Of a stretch of DNA of 64,000 nucleotides, positions 19,896-30,652 are shown piece after piece. Location of the stretch: NCBI GenBank assembly GCA_001899525.1, contig MKVY01000029.1, forward strand, positions 112,733-176,732, in the 5' to 3' direction. Position 1 is the first letter of the stretch; every line of letters starts with the position of its first letter. Under the pieces are notes generated by a model. It ran no database searches, was not told the origin of the DNA, and saw only the letters and a list, made by a program, of their open reading frames with translations. The DNA is from Rhizobiales bacterium 65-9. Lineage in GTDB: Bacteria > Pseudomonadota > Alphaproteobacteria > Rhizobiales > Beijerinckiaceae. The translations under genes and the position numbers were made by a program.

Positions 19896-20501
19896 ATGAC
19901 GGCCCGGCCGACAATTGATTTCTGGTATGATTTTGCTTCGTCTTACTCCTATCTTTCGGTGATGCGCGTCGCGGCGCTGGCTGAGGCGGCCGGCGTCGAC
20001 GTGCGCTGGCGACCCTTTCTGCTCGGGCCGATATTCGCCGCGCAGGGCTGGTCGACGTCGCCGTTCAATCTTTACCCCGCCAAGGGCCGGTATATGTGGC
20101 GCGACATGGAGCGCCTCTGCGAACGCCGGGGCCTGTCGCTGAAGCGGCCGTCGCCCTTTCCCCAGAACAGCCTCGCGGCCGCGCGCGTGGCGATCGCCGG
20201 CCGCGACCAGGGCTGGATCGCGGGCTTCTCGCGCGCCCTCTTCGCCATGGCGTTCGGCGAGGGCAAAAACATCGCCGACGAGGCGGTTCTGACCGCCGCG
20301 CTGCGCGCCGCCGACATTGATCCCAACGCCGCGATGGTCGCGGCGCGGTCCGAGGAGGTGAAGGGGCGCCTGCGCGCCGAAACCGAACTCGCCAAGTCGC
20401 TCGGCGTGTTCGGCGCGCCGAGCTTCATCACCGGGGATGGCGAAATCTTCTGGGGCGACGACCGCCTGGAGCACGCGATCGGCTGGGCCAGGGGCGACTG
20501 A
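19896..20501 (+). CDS. 2-hydroxychromene-2-carboxylate isomerase / DsbA-like thioredoxin-fold protein
   Basis: It has IDFWYDFASSYSYL and GVFGAPSFI...GEIFWGDDRLE motifs. Confidence 0.85.
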   Translation: MTARPTIDFWYDFASSYSYLSVMRVAALAEAAGVDVRWRPFLLGPIFAAQGWSTSPFNLYPAKGRYMWRDMERLCERRGLSLKRPSPFPQNSLAAARVAIAGRDQGWIAGFSRALFAMAFGEGKNIADEAVLTAALRAADIDPNAAMVAARSEEVKGRLRAETELAKSLGVFGAPSFITGDGEIFWGDDRLEHAIGWARGD

Positions 20502-20544
20502 GCCGCTGGCGCGGCCGCGGCTCCGCGCATAGATCAGGCAGGTC

Positions 20545-21351
20545 ATGCGGCTGTCATCGGACGAGATCGAACGCTACGCCCGCCACCTGATCCTGCGCGA
20601 TGTCGGCGGGCCGGGCCAGCAGAAGCTGAAGGCGGCGCGGGTGCTCGTGGTCGGAGCGGGCGGCCTCGGCGCGCCCCTGCTGCAATATCTCGCCGCCGCC
20701 GGCGTCGGCGTCGTCGGGATCGTCGATGACGACCGCGTCTCGCTTTCCAATCTCCAGCGTCAGGTGATCCACGGAACGGCGGATGTCGGCCGCCTGAAGA
20801 CGGACAGCGCCGCGGCCGCCGTCACGCGGCTCAATCCCCATGTCGCGGTCGAGGCGCACGCCCTGCGTATCGGTCCCGACAACGCCGCCGATCTGATCGC
20901 CCGGTACGATCTCGTCGCCGACGGCTCCGACAATTTCGACACGCGCTATGCGGTGTCGGACGCCTGCTATCGCGCGCGCCGGCCGCTGGTGACGGCGACG
21001 CTTGGCCAGTTCGACGCGTCGCTGACCACGATCCGGGCCCATGAGCGCGCGCCGGACGGCGCGTGGAATCCGACCTATCGCTGTCTCTTTCCCGATCCGC
21101 CGCCGCCGGGCGCGATTCCGACATGCGCGGAGGCCGGCGTTCTCGGCGCGCTCGCCGGCGCGCTCGGCGCGATGATGGCGATGGAGGTCGTGCGCGAGAT
21201 CGTCGGCGGGTTTTTCGCGGGCGATCGCGGTCTCGTCGGCCGGCATCTGATGATCGACGCGCGCGGCCTGCGCTTTGAGACGATCGACTATGGCTGGGAT
21301 CCCGACAATCCGCTGTCGGGCGTCAGCGCTGCTTCGTCCGGGCGGGCTTGA
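20545..21351 (+). CDS. moeB: HesA/MoeB/ThiF-family adenylyltransferase
   Basis: It has RYARHLIL..VG..GQQKL, a VVGAGGLGAP nucleotide loop and a CAEAGVLG motif. Confidence 0.85.
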   Translation: MRLSSDEIERYARHLILRDVGGPGQQKLKAARVLVVGAGGLGAPLLQYLAAAGVGVVGIVDDDRVSLSNLQRQVIHGTADVGRLKTDSAAAAVTRLNPHVAVEAHALRIGPDNAADLIARYDLVADGSDNFDTRYAVSDACYRARRPLVTATLGQFDASLTTIRAHERAPDGAWNPTYRCLFPDPPPPGAIPTCAEAGVLGALAGALGAMMAMEVVREIVGGFFAGDRGLVGRHLMIDARGLRFETIDYGWDPDNPLSGVSAASSGRA

Positions 21352-21658
21352 CCGGCGCGCCTACGTCGAAGACCGCGAACGGGCGTCCGTTGCGCCGGCC
21401 CATCGCCTGAACGCCTTGCGGCGCGCGGCTTCTCGCCCGCGCCGTGCGCCCCTGCGCCGGTCCGTCGCCCGGCGTCACCCGCGCCGGCCCGACGCGCTTC
21501 GGGCCGAACGAGGCGAGGCATTTGTTGTAGGCGTCCCACGCCTCGATCTTTTCGCAGTCTGCGATCGCGCGCGGCTTCTGCTGCGCGTGCGCAGGAGAGG
21601 CCGCCGCAAGGGCGGCGATAGCGAATATCAGGCGCAAGGGCGTCACGGCGCGCAGCAT
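21323..21658 (-). CDS. hypothetical small secreted protein
   Basis: The signal-like N-terminus is MLRAVTPLRLIFAIAALAAASPAHA and the C-terminal tail is basic. It lies 34 nt downstream of pheT and overlaps the moeB 3' end by 29 nt. It has no recognisable family, so it could be non-coding. Confidence 0.4.
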   Translation of the reverse strand: MLRAVTPLRLIFAIAALAAASPAHAQQKPRAIADCEKIEAWDAYNKCLASFGPKRVGPARVTPGDGPAQGRTARARSRAPQGVQAMGRRNGRPFAVFDVGAPVKPARTKQR

Positions 21659-21692
21659 GGCCGCCCGCTTTGGCCGAAATGCGGACGACGCC

Positions 21693-24125
21693 TCAGCCCC
21701 GCAGCGACGCGCCATACCGCTTCGCCATCTCGGCGATGATCCTGGCGCCGATGGCGTCGATCTCGGCGTCGGTCAGGGTCTTGTCGCGCGGTTGCAGCGT
21801 GACGGCGAGCGCCACCGATTTCTTGCCCGCCTCGACGCCCGGCCCCTCATAGAGGTCGAACACCGTGACATCCTCGATCAGCGCGCGGTCCGCCGCCTGC
21901 GCGGTTTTCGCCAGATCGCCGGCCGCGACGCCGCGATCCACCACGAAGGCGAAATCGCGCGACACCGGCTGGAACTCGCTGAGCGACAGTTTGGGCTTCG
22001 CCTTCGTCGGCCTGACCTTCGGCGCCGGCAGCGCGTCGAGCGTGATCTCGAAGGCGACCACCGGCCCCTTCGCGCCCATCGCCGCGAGCGTGCGCGGATG
22101 CAGTTCGCCGAACGATCCGACGACGGTCTTCGGCCCGAAGCGGAATGTCGCGGAACGGCCGGGATGCATCCAGGCGGGACCGCCCGGCGCGGTTTGCAGG
22201 CCGCCGGTCGGGACGCCGAGCGCCTCGAGCAGCGCCATGGCGTCGGCCTTGGCGTCGAAGGCGTCGACCGGACGGCCGCCGCCGTCCCAGTGGCGGCCCG
22301 CGCCATGCCGCGAGGCGAGGCCGCGCCTGAGGCCGGCCGCGACGATGGTCTGGCCTTCCGGCGTGTCGTCGGCGAACACCTGTCCGACCTCGAACAGGGC
22401 GACATCGCCGAAGCCGCGATCGGCGTTGCGCTGCGCGGCTTTCAGAAGGCCGGGCAGGAGCGACGGCCGCATGTCGGAGAGATCGGCGGCGATCGGATTG
22501 GCGAGCTTCAGCGTGGCGGCCCTGTTTGTGTCGGCGCCGAACAGCTTCGCCTCGTCCTCGGCGATGAAGCTCCAGGTGACGGCCTCGATGAGGCCGCGCG
22601 CCGCGAGCGTGCGCTTGGCGAGCCGCGTGCGCTTCTGGAGCAGCGTGAGAACCGGCTTCACCACCTCGTCCGTCTCGCGCGACAGGGGACGCGACTGGAC
22701 GCGGTCGAGTCCGGCGATGCGCGTGATCTCCTCGACCAGATCGGCCTTGCCCTCGATGTCGGCGCGCCATGTCGGCGGCGTCACCGTCACGCGGTCGCCC
22801 GCGCCCGAGACATGAAATCCCAAACGCTCCAGCGTGAGCTTCATTTCCGGCCGCGGCAGTTCGAGGCCGGTCAGCCGCTTCACCTCCGTCCAGGGAAAAT
22901 CGATGACGCGGCCGGTGTCGGGAATGCCGCCGGCGAGCGTGACCTGCGAGGCTTCGCCGCCGCACAGGTCGAGCACGAGCTGCGTCGCGACATCGAGTCC
23001 CGGCAGGCAGAAGCCCGGATCGACGCCGCGCTCGAAGCGATAGCGCGCGTCGGAGTGAATGCCGAGCGCGCGGCCGGTGCGGGCGATGTTGAGCGGATTC
23101 CAGAGCGCCGACTCGATCAGCACGTCGGTCGTGTTCTCATCGCATCCCGACGCCTCGCCGCCCATGATTCCGCCGATCGATTCGACGCCCTTGCCGTCGG
23201 CGATCACCACCATCGTGTCGTCGAAGCGATAGGTCTTTCCGTCGAGCGCGAGCAGTTCTTCGCCGCGCTTGGCGCGGCGCACGACGAGGTCGCCATGCAC
23301 CTTCTTCGCGTCGAACACATGCAGCGGCCGGTTGCGGTCGAAGGTCAGGAAGTTCGTGATGTCGACGAGCGCGTTGATCGGCCGGAGCCCGATCGCGGTC
23401 AGCCGCTTCTGCAGCCATTCCGGCGACGGGCCGTTCGTCACGCCGCGCACCAGCCGAAGCGCGAAGGCCGGGCAGAGATATTGCTCACGCGCATCGAAAT
23501 CGAGCGTGACCTTCACCGGGCAGGGAAAGTCGCCCTTGACCGGGCGCGTCTCGCGCGTCTTCAGGTCGCCGAGGCCGGCCGCGGCGAGATCGCGCGCGAC
23601 GCCCGAGATTCCGAGCGCGTCGGCGCGGTTCGGCGTGACGGCGGCGTCGATGACCGCGTCGTCGAGGCCGGCCCATTCCGCGTAGCGCATGCCGACCGGC
23701 GCGTCGGCCGGCAGGTCGATGATGCCGTCATGATCGGTCGAGAGTTCGAGCTCCGCTTCCGAGCAGAGCATGCCGTTCGATTCGACGCCGCGGATGACGC
23801 CTTTTCCGAGCGTGATCTTCTTGCCGGGAATATAGGTTCCGGGCGGGGAGAACACGCCCTTCATGCCCGTGCGCGCGTTCGGCGCGCCGCACACCACCTG
23901 CACGGGCGCGCTCTGCCCGATATCGACCATGCAGACGCGCAGCCGGTCCGCATTCGGGTGCTGCTTCGCCTCGACGACGTAGCCGATGATGAAATCCTTC
24001 AGCCGCTCGGCGGGATTGTCGATCGATTCCACTTCGAGCCCGACGCGCGTCAGCGTCTCCGCGATCGCGTTGGCGTCCGCTGTCGTGTCGAGATGGTCTT
24101 TGAGCCAGGAGACGGTGAGTTTCAT
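21693..24125 (-). CDS. pheT: phenylalanine--tRNA ligase beta subunit
   Basis: 810 aa. It begins [13 protein letters not shown] and has tRNA-binding, B3/4, B5 and FDX-ACB-like segments. Confidence 0.97.
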   Translation of the reverse strand: MKLTVSWLKDHLDTTADANAIAETLTRVGLEVESIDNPAERLKDFIIGYVVEAKQHPNADRLRVCMVDIGQSAPVQVVCGAPNARTGMKGVFSPPGTYIPGKKITLGKGVIRGVESNGMLCSEAELELSTDHDGIIDLPADAPVGMRYAEWAGLDDAVIDAAVTPNRADALGISGVARDLAAAGLGDLKTRETRPVKGDFPCPVKVTLDFDAREQYLCPAFALRLVRGVTNGPSPEWLQKRLTAIGLRPINALVDITNFLTFDRNRPLHVFDAKKVHGDLVVRRAKRGEELLALDGKTYRFDDTMVVIADGKGVESIGGIMGGEASGCDENTTDVLIESALWNPLNIARTGRALGIHSDARYRFERGVDPGFCLPGLDVATQLVLDLCGGEASQVTLAGGIPDTGRVIDFPWTEVKRLTGLELPRPEMKLTLERLGFHVSGAGDRVTVTPPTWRADIEGKADLVEEITRIAGLDRVQSRPLSRETDEVVKPVLTLLQKRTRLAKRTLAARGLIEAVTWSFIAEDEAKLFGADTNRAATLKLANPIAADLSDMRPSLLPGLLKAAQRNADRGFGDVALFEVGQVFADDTPEGQTIVAAGLRRGLASRHGAGRHWDGGGRPVDAFDAKADAMALLEALGVPTGGLQTAPGGPAWMHPGRSATFRFGPKTVVGSFGELHPRTLAAMGAKGPVVAFEITLDALPAPKVRPTKAKPKLSLSEFQPVSRDFAFVVDRGVAAGDLAKTAQAADRALIEDVTVFDLYEGPGVEAGKKSVALAVTLQPRDKTLTDAEIDAIGARIIAEMAKRYGASLRG

Positions 24126-24154
24126 TCAAGTGCTTTCAACAAACCTGTTGCGTC

Positions 24155-24574
24155 TTATCCCGCGATGATTCGCACATAGCGCGAATGCACCCAGCCATAG
24201 CTGCATGGCCCGGTGTAGGGCTGGCGCACCGGCCATGGCGTTCCGACGCCGCATTCGCCTTCGTCAGCCGGATAGACGATGGAATACCAGGGGCCGCGAC
24301 GATCGCAGACGCTGACCTTGTTTCCGTTGTACAGCCGATCGATCTCGCGATAGCGCGACCCTCCCGGCCCGCTGCGCACCGATAGAAAGCCGTCGCCGTT
24401 GGGATCGAGGCCGACCACCTGGCCGAGGCTCGGGCAGGCGTCCATGTCGGGATCGCCGCCAAGCATGACGGGAGCGTCGATGCGGCGCGGAATCATCTGC
24501 GCGTCAACGAATGCCGGCGCCGTCGACAGAAGGAGCGGGGCGGCAAGCGATGCGGCGAGGAGACGGCGCGTCAT
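24155..24574 (-). CDS. secreted SH3b-domain protein, cysteine-rich
   Basis: The signal peptide is MTRRLLAASLAAPLLLSTAPAFVDA. The SH3b-like part reads LSVRSGPGGSRYREIDRLYNGNKVSV...GPWYSIVY...GWVHSRYV. It has six Cys and is wedged between pheS and pheT. Confidence 0.75.
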   Translation of the reverse strand: MTRRLLAASLAAPLLLSTAPAFVDAQMIPRRIDAPVMLGGDPDMDACPSLGQVVGLDPNGDGFLSVRSGPGGSRYREIDRLYNGNKVSVCDRRGPWYSIVYPADEGECGVGTPWPVRQPYTGPCSYGWVHSRYVRIIAG

Positions 24575-24586
24575 CGGAGATCCTTT

Positions 24587-25687
24587 TTAGCTCGACAGCC
24601 CGCCCGCCAGCGTCGGCAGGTCGAGCGGCCGGAAGCCGTAATGCTTCAGCCAGCGCACGTCCGCTTCGAAGAACTGGCGCAGATCGTCCATGCCGTATTT
24701 CAGCATCGCGATGCGGTCGATGCCCATGCCCCAGGCGAATCCCTGATACTCGTTGGGATCGAGTCCGCAATTCGTCAGCACGTTCGGATGCACCATGCCG
24801 CAGCCGAGAATCTCCAGCCAGTCGTCGCCCTCGCCGAAGCGGATTTCGCCGCCCTTGCGCGAGCACTGGATGTCCACTTCGGCCGAGGGTTCGGTGAAGG
24901 GAAAGAAGCTCGGCCGGAAGCGCATCTTCACGTCGGGCACCTCGAAGAAGGCCTTGCAGAACTCCTCGAGGATCCATTTCAGATGGCCGAGATTGGCCTG
25001 CCGGTCGATCACGAGCCCCTCGACCTGATGGAACATCGGCGTGTGGGTCTGGTCGCTGTCGTGCCGGTAGGTGCGGCCGGGGCAGATCACCCGGATCGGC
25101 GGCTTCTGCGCGAGCATGGTGCGCACCTGCACCGGCGAGGTGTGCGTGCGCAGCAGCATGCGGTCGCCATTCTCCTTCGGGTTGAAGAAGAACGTGTCGT
25201 GCATTTCGCGCGCGGGATGGCCGACGGGGAAGTTCAGCTTCGTGAAGTTGAGGTCGTCGCTCTCGATGTCCGGCCCCTCCGCCACCGAGAAGCCCATGTC
25301 GGCGAAGATCGCGGTCAGTTCGTCGATCACCTGCGTGATCGGGTGGATGCGGCCGCTCGTCTCTCCGCCGGCCTGCATGGGCAGGCTCAGATCGATCGTC
25401 TCGCTCTTGAGGCGCGCGTCGAGCGCCGCGTCGCCGAGCTCGGTCTTGCGCGCGCCGATCGCGGCCTGCGCGCGGTCGCGCAGCCCGTTGATCAGCGGGC
25501 CTTTCGCCTTGCGTTCGTCGGGCGTCATCGCGCCGAGCGTCTTGAGCAGGGCGGAGATCGAGCCCTGCTTGCCGAGCGCGGCGATGCGAACGGCTTCGAG
25601 GGAGGCTTCGTCGCCCGCCGCGGCGATGCGGGCCGAAAGATCGGCTTCGAGCGAGAACAGGTCGTGGTCGGTGGAGGCGTCTGACAT
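24587..25687 (-). CDS. pheS: phenylalanine--tRNA ligase alpha subunit
   Basis: Class II motifs are present: [35 protein letters not shown] and [14 protein letters not shown]. Confidence 0.97.
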   Translation of the reverse strand: MSDASTDHDLFSLEADLSARIAAAGDEASLEAVRIAALGKQGSISALLKTLGAMTPDERKAKGPLINGLRDRAQAAIGARKTELGDAALDARLKSETIDLSLPMQAGGETSGRIHPITQVIDELTAIFADMGFSVAEGPDIESDDLNFTKLNFPVGHPAREMHDTFFFNPKENGDRMLLRTHTSPVQVRTMLAQKPPIRVICPGRTYRHDSDQTHTPMFHQVEGLVIDRQANLGHLKWILEEFCKAFFEVPDVKMRFRPSFFPFTEPSAEVDIQCSRKGGEIRFGEGDDWLEILGCGMVHPNVLTNCGLDPNEYQGFAWGMGIDRIAMLKYGMDDLRQFFEADVRWLKHYGFRPLDLPTLAGGLSS

Positions 25688-25853
25688 GGCGGGCGTCTTC
25701 TATTCACAATCAGACGGCCTTGCCAGAGGCCGCGGGCGCCGATGATGCGCTGGGGCGTCAGGCATGAGCGTTGAGGCGAGGCATGCGCGCCGGGCGGACG
25801 CCGGCGCCCCGTCCGCGCTGGCGGCGCCGCTTCGGCTGCCTTAGTCCAGTGGC

Positions 25854-27050
25854 GTGACCGACGCTTCCCCCGCCGCCGTTCGATCCGCGCGCCCGCTGGG
25901 CCTCGCAGTCGGCGGCGTGCTGGCTCTGGCGGCGGCGATGGGCGTCGGCCGTTTCGTCTATACGCCGATCCTGCCGCTGATGGTCGAGGCGCTGGGGCTG
26001 AGCCAGGGCCAGGCGGGGGCGATCGCCTCGGCGAATTTCGCGGGCTATCTCGCCGGCGCCCTGCTCGCCGCCGCGCCGACGCTGCCCGGCTCGCGCCGGG
26101 GCTGGTTCGTCGGCGCGCTGGCCGCGAGCGCGGCGACCACCGCCCTGATGGCGGCGGTCGAGAGCGTGGCGCTGTTCGCGCTGCTGCGGTTTCTGGGCGG
26201 CGTCGCCAGCGCGGTCGTGCTGGTCCAGACCACGACCCTGGTCTTCGGGCGGCTCGCGGGGCAGGGGCGGCCGGGCCTCGCGCCGGCGGTGTTCTCCGGC
26301 GTCGGCGTCGGCGTCGCGGGCTCGTCCCTGTCGATGCTGGCGCTTGGCCTCTGGGGCGGCGGCTGGCGCGCGGCGTGGCTGCTCGCCGGCGCGCTGACGC
26401 TTCTGGCGGTCCTCGTCGCCGTGCGGCTCGTTCCGCCGGAGCCGGGAGAGAAGGACGGTCGAAGATCGGCGAAGGCGGGCGGCGGGGCCTGGCGCGGGTT
26501 CGCCCTGCTCGCCGCAAGCTACGGCCTGTTCGGCTTCGGCTACGTGATCACCGCGACCTTCATCGTCGCGCTCGTGCGGCAGGACGCCGGGACGAGGCCG
26601 CTGGAGCCCTATGTGTGGCTGCTGGTGGGCCTGTCCGCGATCCCCTCCGTCTGGCTTTGGACGCAGCTCGGGCGCCTCATCGGCCTCTACAGGGCCTATG
26701 CGCTCTGCTTCGTGGTGGAGGCTGTGGGCGTCGCCGCCAGCGTGCTGTCGCAGAGCGTCGCAGGCGTAATCGTCGCGTCGGTTTTCCTCGGCGGAACCTT
26801 CATGGGGCTGACCGCTCTCGGCCTGGCGGCGGCGCGGGAGGCCGCGCCCGCCGATCCGCGCCGCGCGCTCGCTTTGATGACGGCCGCCTTCGGCCTCGGC
26901 CAGATCATAGGGCCGAGTTTCGCCGGCCTCGTTCACGACGTCACCGGCAACTTCGTCGCGCCTTCTCTGGCCGCGGCGGGCGCGCTGCTGCTCGGGGCCG
27001 GCCTTGCGTTCGTGGTCGGCGTGCGCGCGGCCCGCGCGATGACTGGCTAA
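25854..27050 (+). CDS. MFS transporter (YbfB/YjiJ-like)
   Basis: 398-aa protein with about 12 TM segments and an N-terminal GRFVYTPILPLM motif. GTG start. Confidence 0.82.
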   Translation: MTDASPAAVRSARPLGLAVGGVLALAAAMGVGRFVYTPILPLMVEALGLSQGQAGAIASANFAGYLAGALLAAAPTLPGSRRGWFVGALAASAATTALMAAVESVALFALLRFLGGVASAVVLVQTTTLVFGRLAGQGRPGLAPAVFSGVGVGVAGSSLSMLALGLWGGGWRAAWLLAGALTLLAVLVAVRLVPPEPGEKDGRRSAKAGGGAWRGFALLAASYGLFGFGYVITATFIVALVRQDAGTRPLEPYVWLLVGLSAIPSVWLWTQLGRLIGLYRAYALCFVVEAVGVAASVLSQSVAGVIVASVFLGGTFMGLTALGLAAAREAAPADPRRALALMTAAFGLGQIIGPSFAGLVHDVTGNFVAPSLAAAGALLLGAGLAFVVGVRAARAMTG

Positions 27051-27107
27051 GGGCCGCGCCATCCTGTAGCTCCGCGTCCGAGAGAAGATGACGGGAGCGC
27101 CGACGCC

Positions 27108-27854
27108 TTGACCGAGAAACGCGACAACACCGCGCAGAAGACGTCGTCGTCGTTCCGCCTCGCCGCGATGGATGCGGATTTCCTGCTCGGCGATTCGACC
27201 CGCGGCGCGCGTTTCATGCTCGAATATCAGAAGGCCGAGGACGTTCTGCGCGAAGCGGGAATCCGCTCGACCATCGTCGTGTTCGGCTCGGCCCGCATCC
27301 GCGAGGACGGCCCCGATCAGCATCGCCGCTGGTATGGCGAGGCGCGCCGTTTCGCGCGCATCGCCTCCGAGCAGGGCGGCGCGATGCTCGCGAACGGCGG
27401 AATCCGCGATCACGTCATCGCCACGGGCGGCGGGCCGGGAATCATGGAGGCGGCGAATCGCGGCGCCACGGAAGCCGGCGCGCCCTCCATCGGCTTCAAC
27501 ATCACCCTGCCGCACGAGCAGGAGCCGAACGGCTGGTCGACGCCGGAGCTGACGTTCAATTTCCACTACTTCGCGATGCGCAAGATGCATCTGGCGATGC
27601 GCGCGATCGGCCTTGTCGTGTTTCCCGGCGGCTTCGGCACGCTCGATGAATTGTTCGAGATTTTGACGCTGCGCCAGACCGGCAAGATGCCGCCGCCCTG
27701 TCCCGTCGTGCTGTTCGATCGCGCCTACTGGACGTCGCTGATAAATGTCGACGTCCAGCTCGCGCACGGCTTCATCGCCGAGGAGGATCTGAAGCTGTTT
27801 TCCTTCGCCGAGACGGCCGAGGAGGCGTGGGAGATCGTGCGCGTCAAAAGCTGA
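27108..27854 (+). CDS. LOG-family (TIGR00730-type) nucleotide phosphoribohydrolase
   Basis: It has GGGPGIMEAANRGA and PGGFGTLDELFE motifs. TTG start; the next in-frame ATG is at 27168. Confidence 0.82.
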   Translation: MTEKRDNTAQKTSSSFRLAAMDADFLLGDSTRGARFMLEYQKAEDVLREAGIRSTIVVFGSARIREDGPDQHRRWYGEARRFARIASEQGGAMLANGGIRDHVIATGGGPGIMEAANRGATEAGAPSIGFNITLPHEQEPNGWSTPELTFNFHYFAMRKMHLAMRAIGLVVFPGGFGTLDELFEILTLRQTGKMPPPCPVVLFDRAYWTSLINVDVQLAHGFIAEEDLKLFSFAETAEEAWEIVRVKS

Positions 27855-27928
27855 CGCGCGGCGCGCTGGAGCTGCCATAGAGCGCTGTCGCGCGCTTCGG
27901 AGACGCGGACTCTTTCTGCCCGCGACGG

Positions 27929-28339
27929 TTACTGGCCGCCGGCGATCTTGCGCTGCACGCGCTTGTCGAAGCGCTCGACATTCACGATCACGCGCTCATG
28001 CTCGCCGCCGCCGATCGGCTCGCGCTCGTCCTCTGCGGTCACGCGGAAGCGGATGTTGCGGCCCTCGACATGGATGACCTCGGCCGTCGCGCGGATCGTC
28101 ATGCCGACCGGCGTCGCGGCGATATGCTTCACGTCGAGATGCGTGCCGAGGCTCTGATGGCCCGGCGGCAGGAGATGCTCGATGGCCGCGAGCGCGGCCG
28201 CCTCGATGACGTTGATCATCACCGGCGTCGCCAGCACATGGATGCGGCCCGAGCCGACGCGCGGCGCCGTGTGTTCTTCGCCGACGAGAAGCGCGCTCGT
28301 TCCCGAAAGGCCTTTGGTAATGCTGGAAAAGTCGCTCAT
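27929..28339 (-). CDS. hotdog-fold thioesterase (FlK-like family)
   Basis: 136 aa with ...VGSGRIHVLATPVMINVIEAAA...GTHLDVKHIAATPVG..., typical of small acyl-CoA thioesterases. Confidence 0.78.
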   Translation of the reverse strand: MSDFSSITKGLSGTSALLVGEEHTAPRVGSGRIHVLATPVMINVIEAAALAAIEHLLPPGHQSLGTHLDVKHIAATPVGMTIRATAEVIHVEGRNIRFRVTAEDEREPIGGGEHERVIVNVERFDKRVQRKIAGGQ

Positions 28340-28393
28340 GCGGCATGCCCTATCAGGTCGCCGAGCGGAGGGGCCAGCGTCGAATCAGCGCAA

Positions 28394-28867
28394 TCACCAC
28401 AGCGCCGGCCGTTCGAGCATCAGCCACACGATGGCGAGCACGGCGCCGAAGGCTGGAAATCCGCACGCGAACCAGATGCGGAACAGGCGATGATAGGCGG
28501 CCGGCGGCGGCGCCCCTTTGATGGCGGACTCCCGCGCGAGATCGCGCATCCGGATCTGGATGACGACGACCGGCAGCCAGAACAGCCCGGTGACGACATA
28601 GAGCGTGAGCGACGCGACGATCCAGCTCTCCGACAGCGGCCACCCGATCGACCACGCCAGCAGCGCGCCGGTGACCGGCTGCATCACGACCGCCGTCGCG
28701 GTGAACAGCGCGTCCGCGATCACGACGGTTCCGGCGACATGCGCGATGATCTTCGCGTCGCCGGTGCGATGCGCGATCAGCATGAAGAAGGCGATCCCGG
28801 CCCCGGTCCCGATCAGAACGGTGGCGCCCAGCACATGCAGCCAGCGCAGAAGGAGAATCCAGTCCAT
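28394..28867 (-). CDS. DUF2269-type integral membrane protein
   Basis: 157 aa with four TM segments. It starts MDWILLLRWLHVLGATVLIGTG. Confidence 0.72.
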   Translation of the reverse strand: MDWILLLRWLHVLGATVLIGTGAGIAFFMLIAHRTGDAKIIAHVAGTVVIADALFTATAVVMQPVTGALLAWSIGWPLSESWIVASLTLYVVTGLFWLPVVVIQIRMRDLARESAIKGAPPPAAYHRLFRIWFACGFPAFGAVLAIVWLMLERPALW

Positions 28868-28879
28868 CGCCGCCGTTCC

Positions 28880-30175
28880 TCAGCGCTCGTCCATCACGGC
28901 GGCGGTCATGAGCGCGAGCCCGATCGCGGGAACGACCTTCACCAGCGCGCCGAGCGGATCGAGCCACAGTCCCGGCGCGACGAGGGTGGCGAGCGCGAGA
29001 TAGGCGATGGCGGTCGCGGCCATCGCGAGACAGGCGCGGCGCGCCCACGGCCGCCACAGCACGCCGAGGCCGAGCGCGATGTCGAGGACCGCGCCGCCGA
29101 TGACGCTCGCTCCGGCGAGTCCGGGCGGAAAGCCGTGCTGGAGCGCGATCTCGACGGCGACGGGATAGCCGACCAGCGCGATGACCCCGCTCGCCAGCCA
29201 GAACAGCGACAGGATGGCGACGGCGACCGGCTTCATCAGCCAGGACAGCGCGAACCAGCGCTCCTGAACCGTGGCGGGAATGTCCGAGAGCGTCTGGTCG
29301 AGGCTGCGCAGCGGCGCGCCCGTCGCCCGCATGAGCGGCAGCGGATCGCCGGCGACCCCTGCTTCGATCTCGCGCATCGCGGTGGTGCGCATCGGGCTTC
29401 GCCAGCCGAGCCGGCCGAGCAGGTCGCCGGCGCCGAACAGAAGCCGCGCCGCCCAGCGCGGCGGCGCGACGGTCCGCGCCGGCGGGCGCCCCAGCCAGGC
29501 CCGCAGCCGCGCGACGACCTCGGAGAGCGCGTGCGCGTCGGGCTCGACGAGATCGTAGGTCGCCCGCTCCGGCAGCCCGCCCTCGAGCGCGCGGACCACC
29601 GTCGCGGCCACGTCGTCGACATGGACCGTCTGGATGCGCGCGTCGGGATGGGAGACGGGGAGGATCAGCGGAAAAGCCGCGAGCGCCCGCAGCAGCGCCG
29701 TACCGCCATAGGCGGCGGGCGCGATGACGAGGCCCGGACGCAGGATGAACCAGGCGAGGTCGCTGCCGCACAGATGCGCGTCGGCCTCCGCCTTTGTGCG
29801 CATGAAATCGGTGGTCGCTCGGGCCGTGGCGTTGGGCGCTGAAATCTGCGCGAAGCGGCGGACGCCGGCGGCCGGGCAGGCGTCGATCAGCGCCCGGATC
29901 GCGCGGCTCTGCACCGCCGCCACCGAATCCCGCGCGCCGTCCTGCAGCGCGCCGGCGGCGTTGACGATGGCGTCGACGCCCTCGATCAGGTCAGCCCATT
30001 TCGCCGGCTCGTCGAGGGCGGCGATGTCGGCCGCCCGCCATTCCGCCCAAGGCATGCGCCGCGCGGCGTCGGCGGTTGCGCGCCCGAGGCCGATGGGCTG
30101 ATGGCCGGCGCGCCGCAGCGCGCGCATCACCGTCTCGCCGATCAGGCCGTAGCCGCCGAGAACCAGAACGCGCAT
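28880..30175 (-). CDS. NAD(P)-binding SDR/epimerase domain fused to a DoxX-like membrane domain
   Basis: The N-terminal Rossmann segment is MRVLVLGGYGLIGETV. The C-terminal roughly 130 aa form 3-4 TM helices. Confidence 0.8.
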   Translation of the reverse strand: MRVLVLGGYGLIGETVMRALRRAGHQPIGLGRATADAARRMPWAEWRAADIAALDEPAKWADLIEGVDAIVNAAGALQDGARDSVAAVQSRAIRALIDACPAAGVRRFAQISAPNATARATTDFMRTKAEADAHLCGSDLAWFILRPGLVIAPAAYGGTALLRALAAFPLILPVSHPDARIQTVHVDDVAATVVRALEGGLPERATYDLVEPDAHALSEVVARLRAWLGRPPARTVAPPRWAARLLFGAGDLLGRLGWRSPMRTTAMREIEAGVAGDPLPLMRATGAPLRSLDQTLSDIPATVQERWFALSWLMKPVAVAILSLFWLASGVIALVGYPVAVEIALQHGFPPGLAGASVIGGAVLDIALGLGVLWRPWARRACLAMAATAIAYLALATLVAPGLWLDPLGALVKVVPAIGLALMTAAVMDER

Positions 30176-30213
30176 CGCAACACCCGGTCAGAACAAGCGC
30201 AATCGAAGCCAAC

Positions 30214-30245
30214 AAAAAAGCCCGCCGTCGCCGGCGGGCTTTTTC
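30214..30245 (-). terminator. bidirectional intrinsic terminator downstream of rplT
   Basis: AAAAAAGCCCGCCG-tcgc-CGGCGGGCTTTTT. The minus strand gives a 9-bp GC stem followed by UUUUUUG. Confidence 0.75.
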
Positions 30246-30273
30246 TTGCAGCTTTGAGCCGATTGCGGAAGCG

Positions 30274-30624
30274 TTACGCCGCTTTCGCCTTCTCGACGAT
30301 CGCGGCGAAGGCGACCGGCTGGTTCATGGCGATGTCCGCCAGCGCCTTGCGGTCGAGGATGATGTCGGCCTTGATGAGCGCTGCGATGAAGCGCGAATAG
30401 GTCAGGCCGTGCTCGCGCACCGCCGCGTTGAGGCGCTGGATCCAGAGCGCGCGGAAGGTGCGCTTCTTGATGCGCCGGTCGCGCGTCGCCATCTGCATCG
30501 AGCGGTCGACGGCGGCCTTGGCGGCGCGGATGGTGTTCTTGCGGCGGCCGTAGAAGCCCTTCGCCGCCTTCAGTGTCTTCTTGTGCTTGGCGTGACTGGT
30601 GACGCCACGTTTGACGCGAGCCAT
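30274..30624 (-). CDS. rplT: 50S ribosomal protein L20
   Basis: [30 protein letters not shown]... is canonical L20. Confidence 0.97.
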   Translation of the reverse strand: MARVKRGVTSHAKHKKTLKAAKGFYGRRKNTIRAAKAAVDRSMQMATRDRRIKKRTFRALWIQRLNAAVREHGLTYSRFIAALIKADIILDRKALADIAMNQPVAFAAIVEKAKAA

Positions 30625-30652
30625 TGTCGCTCTCCTTCAAATGGGCGTGGGT

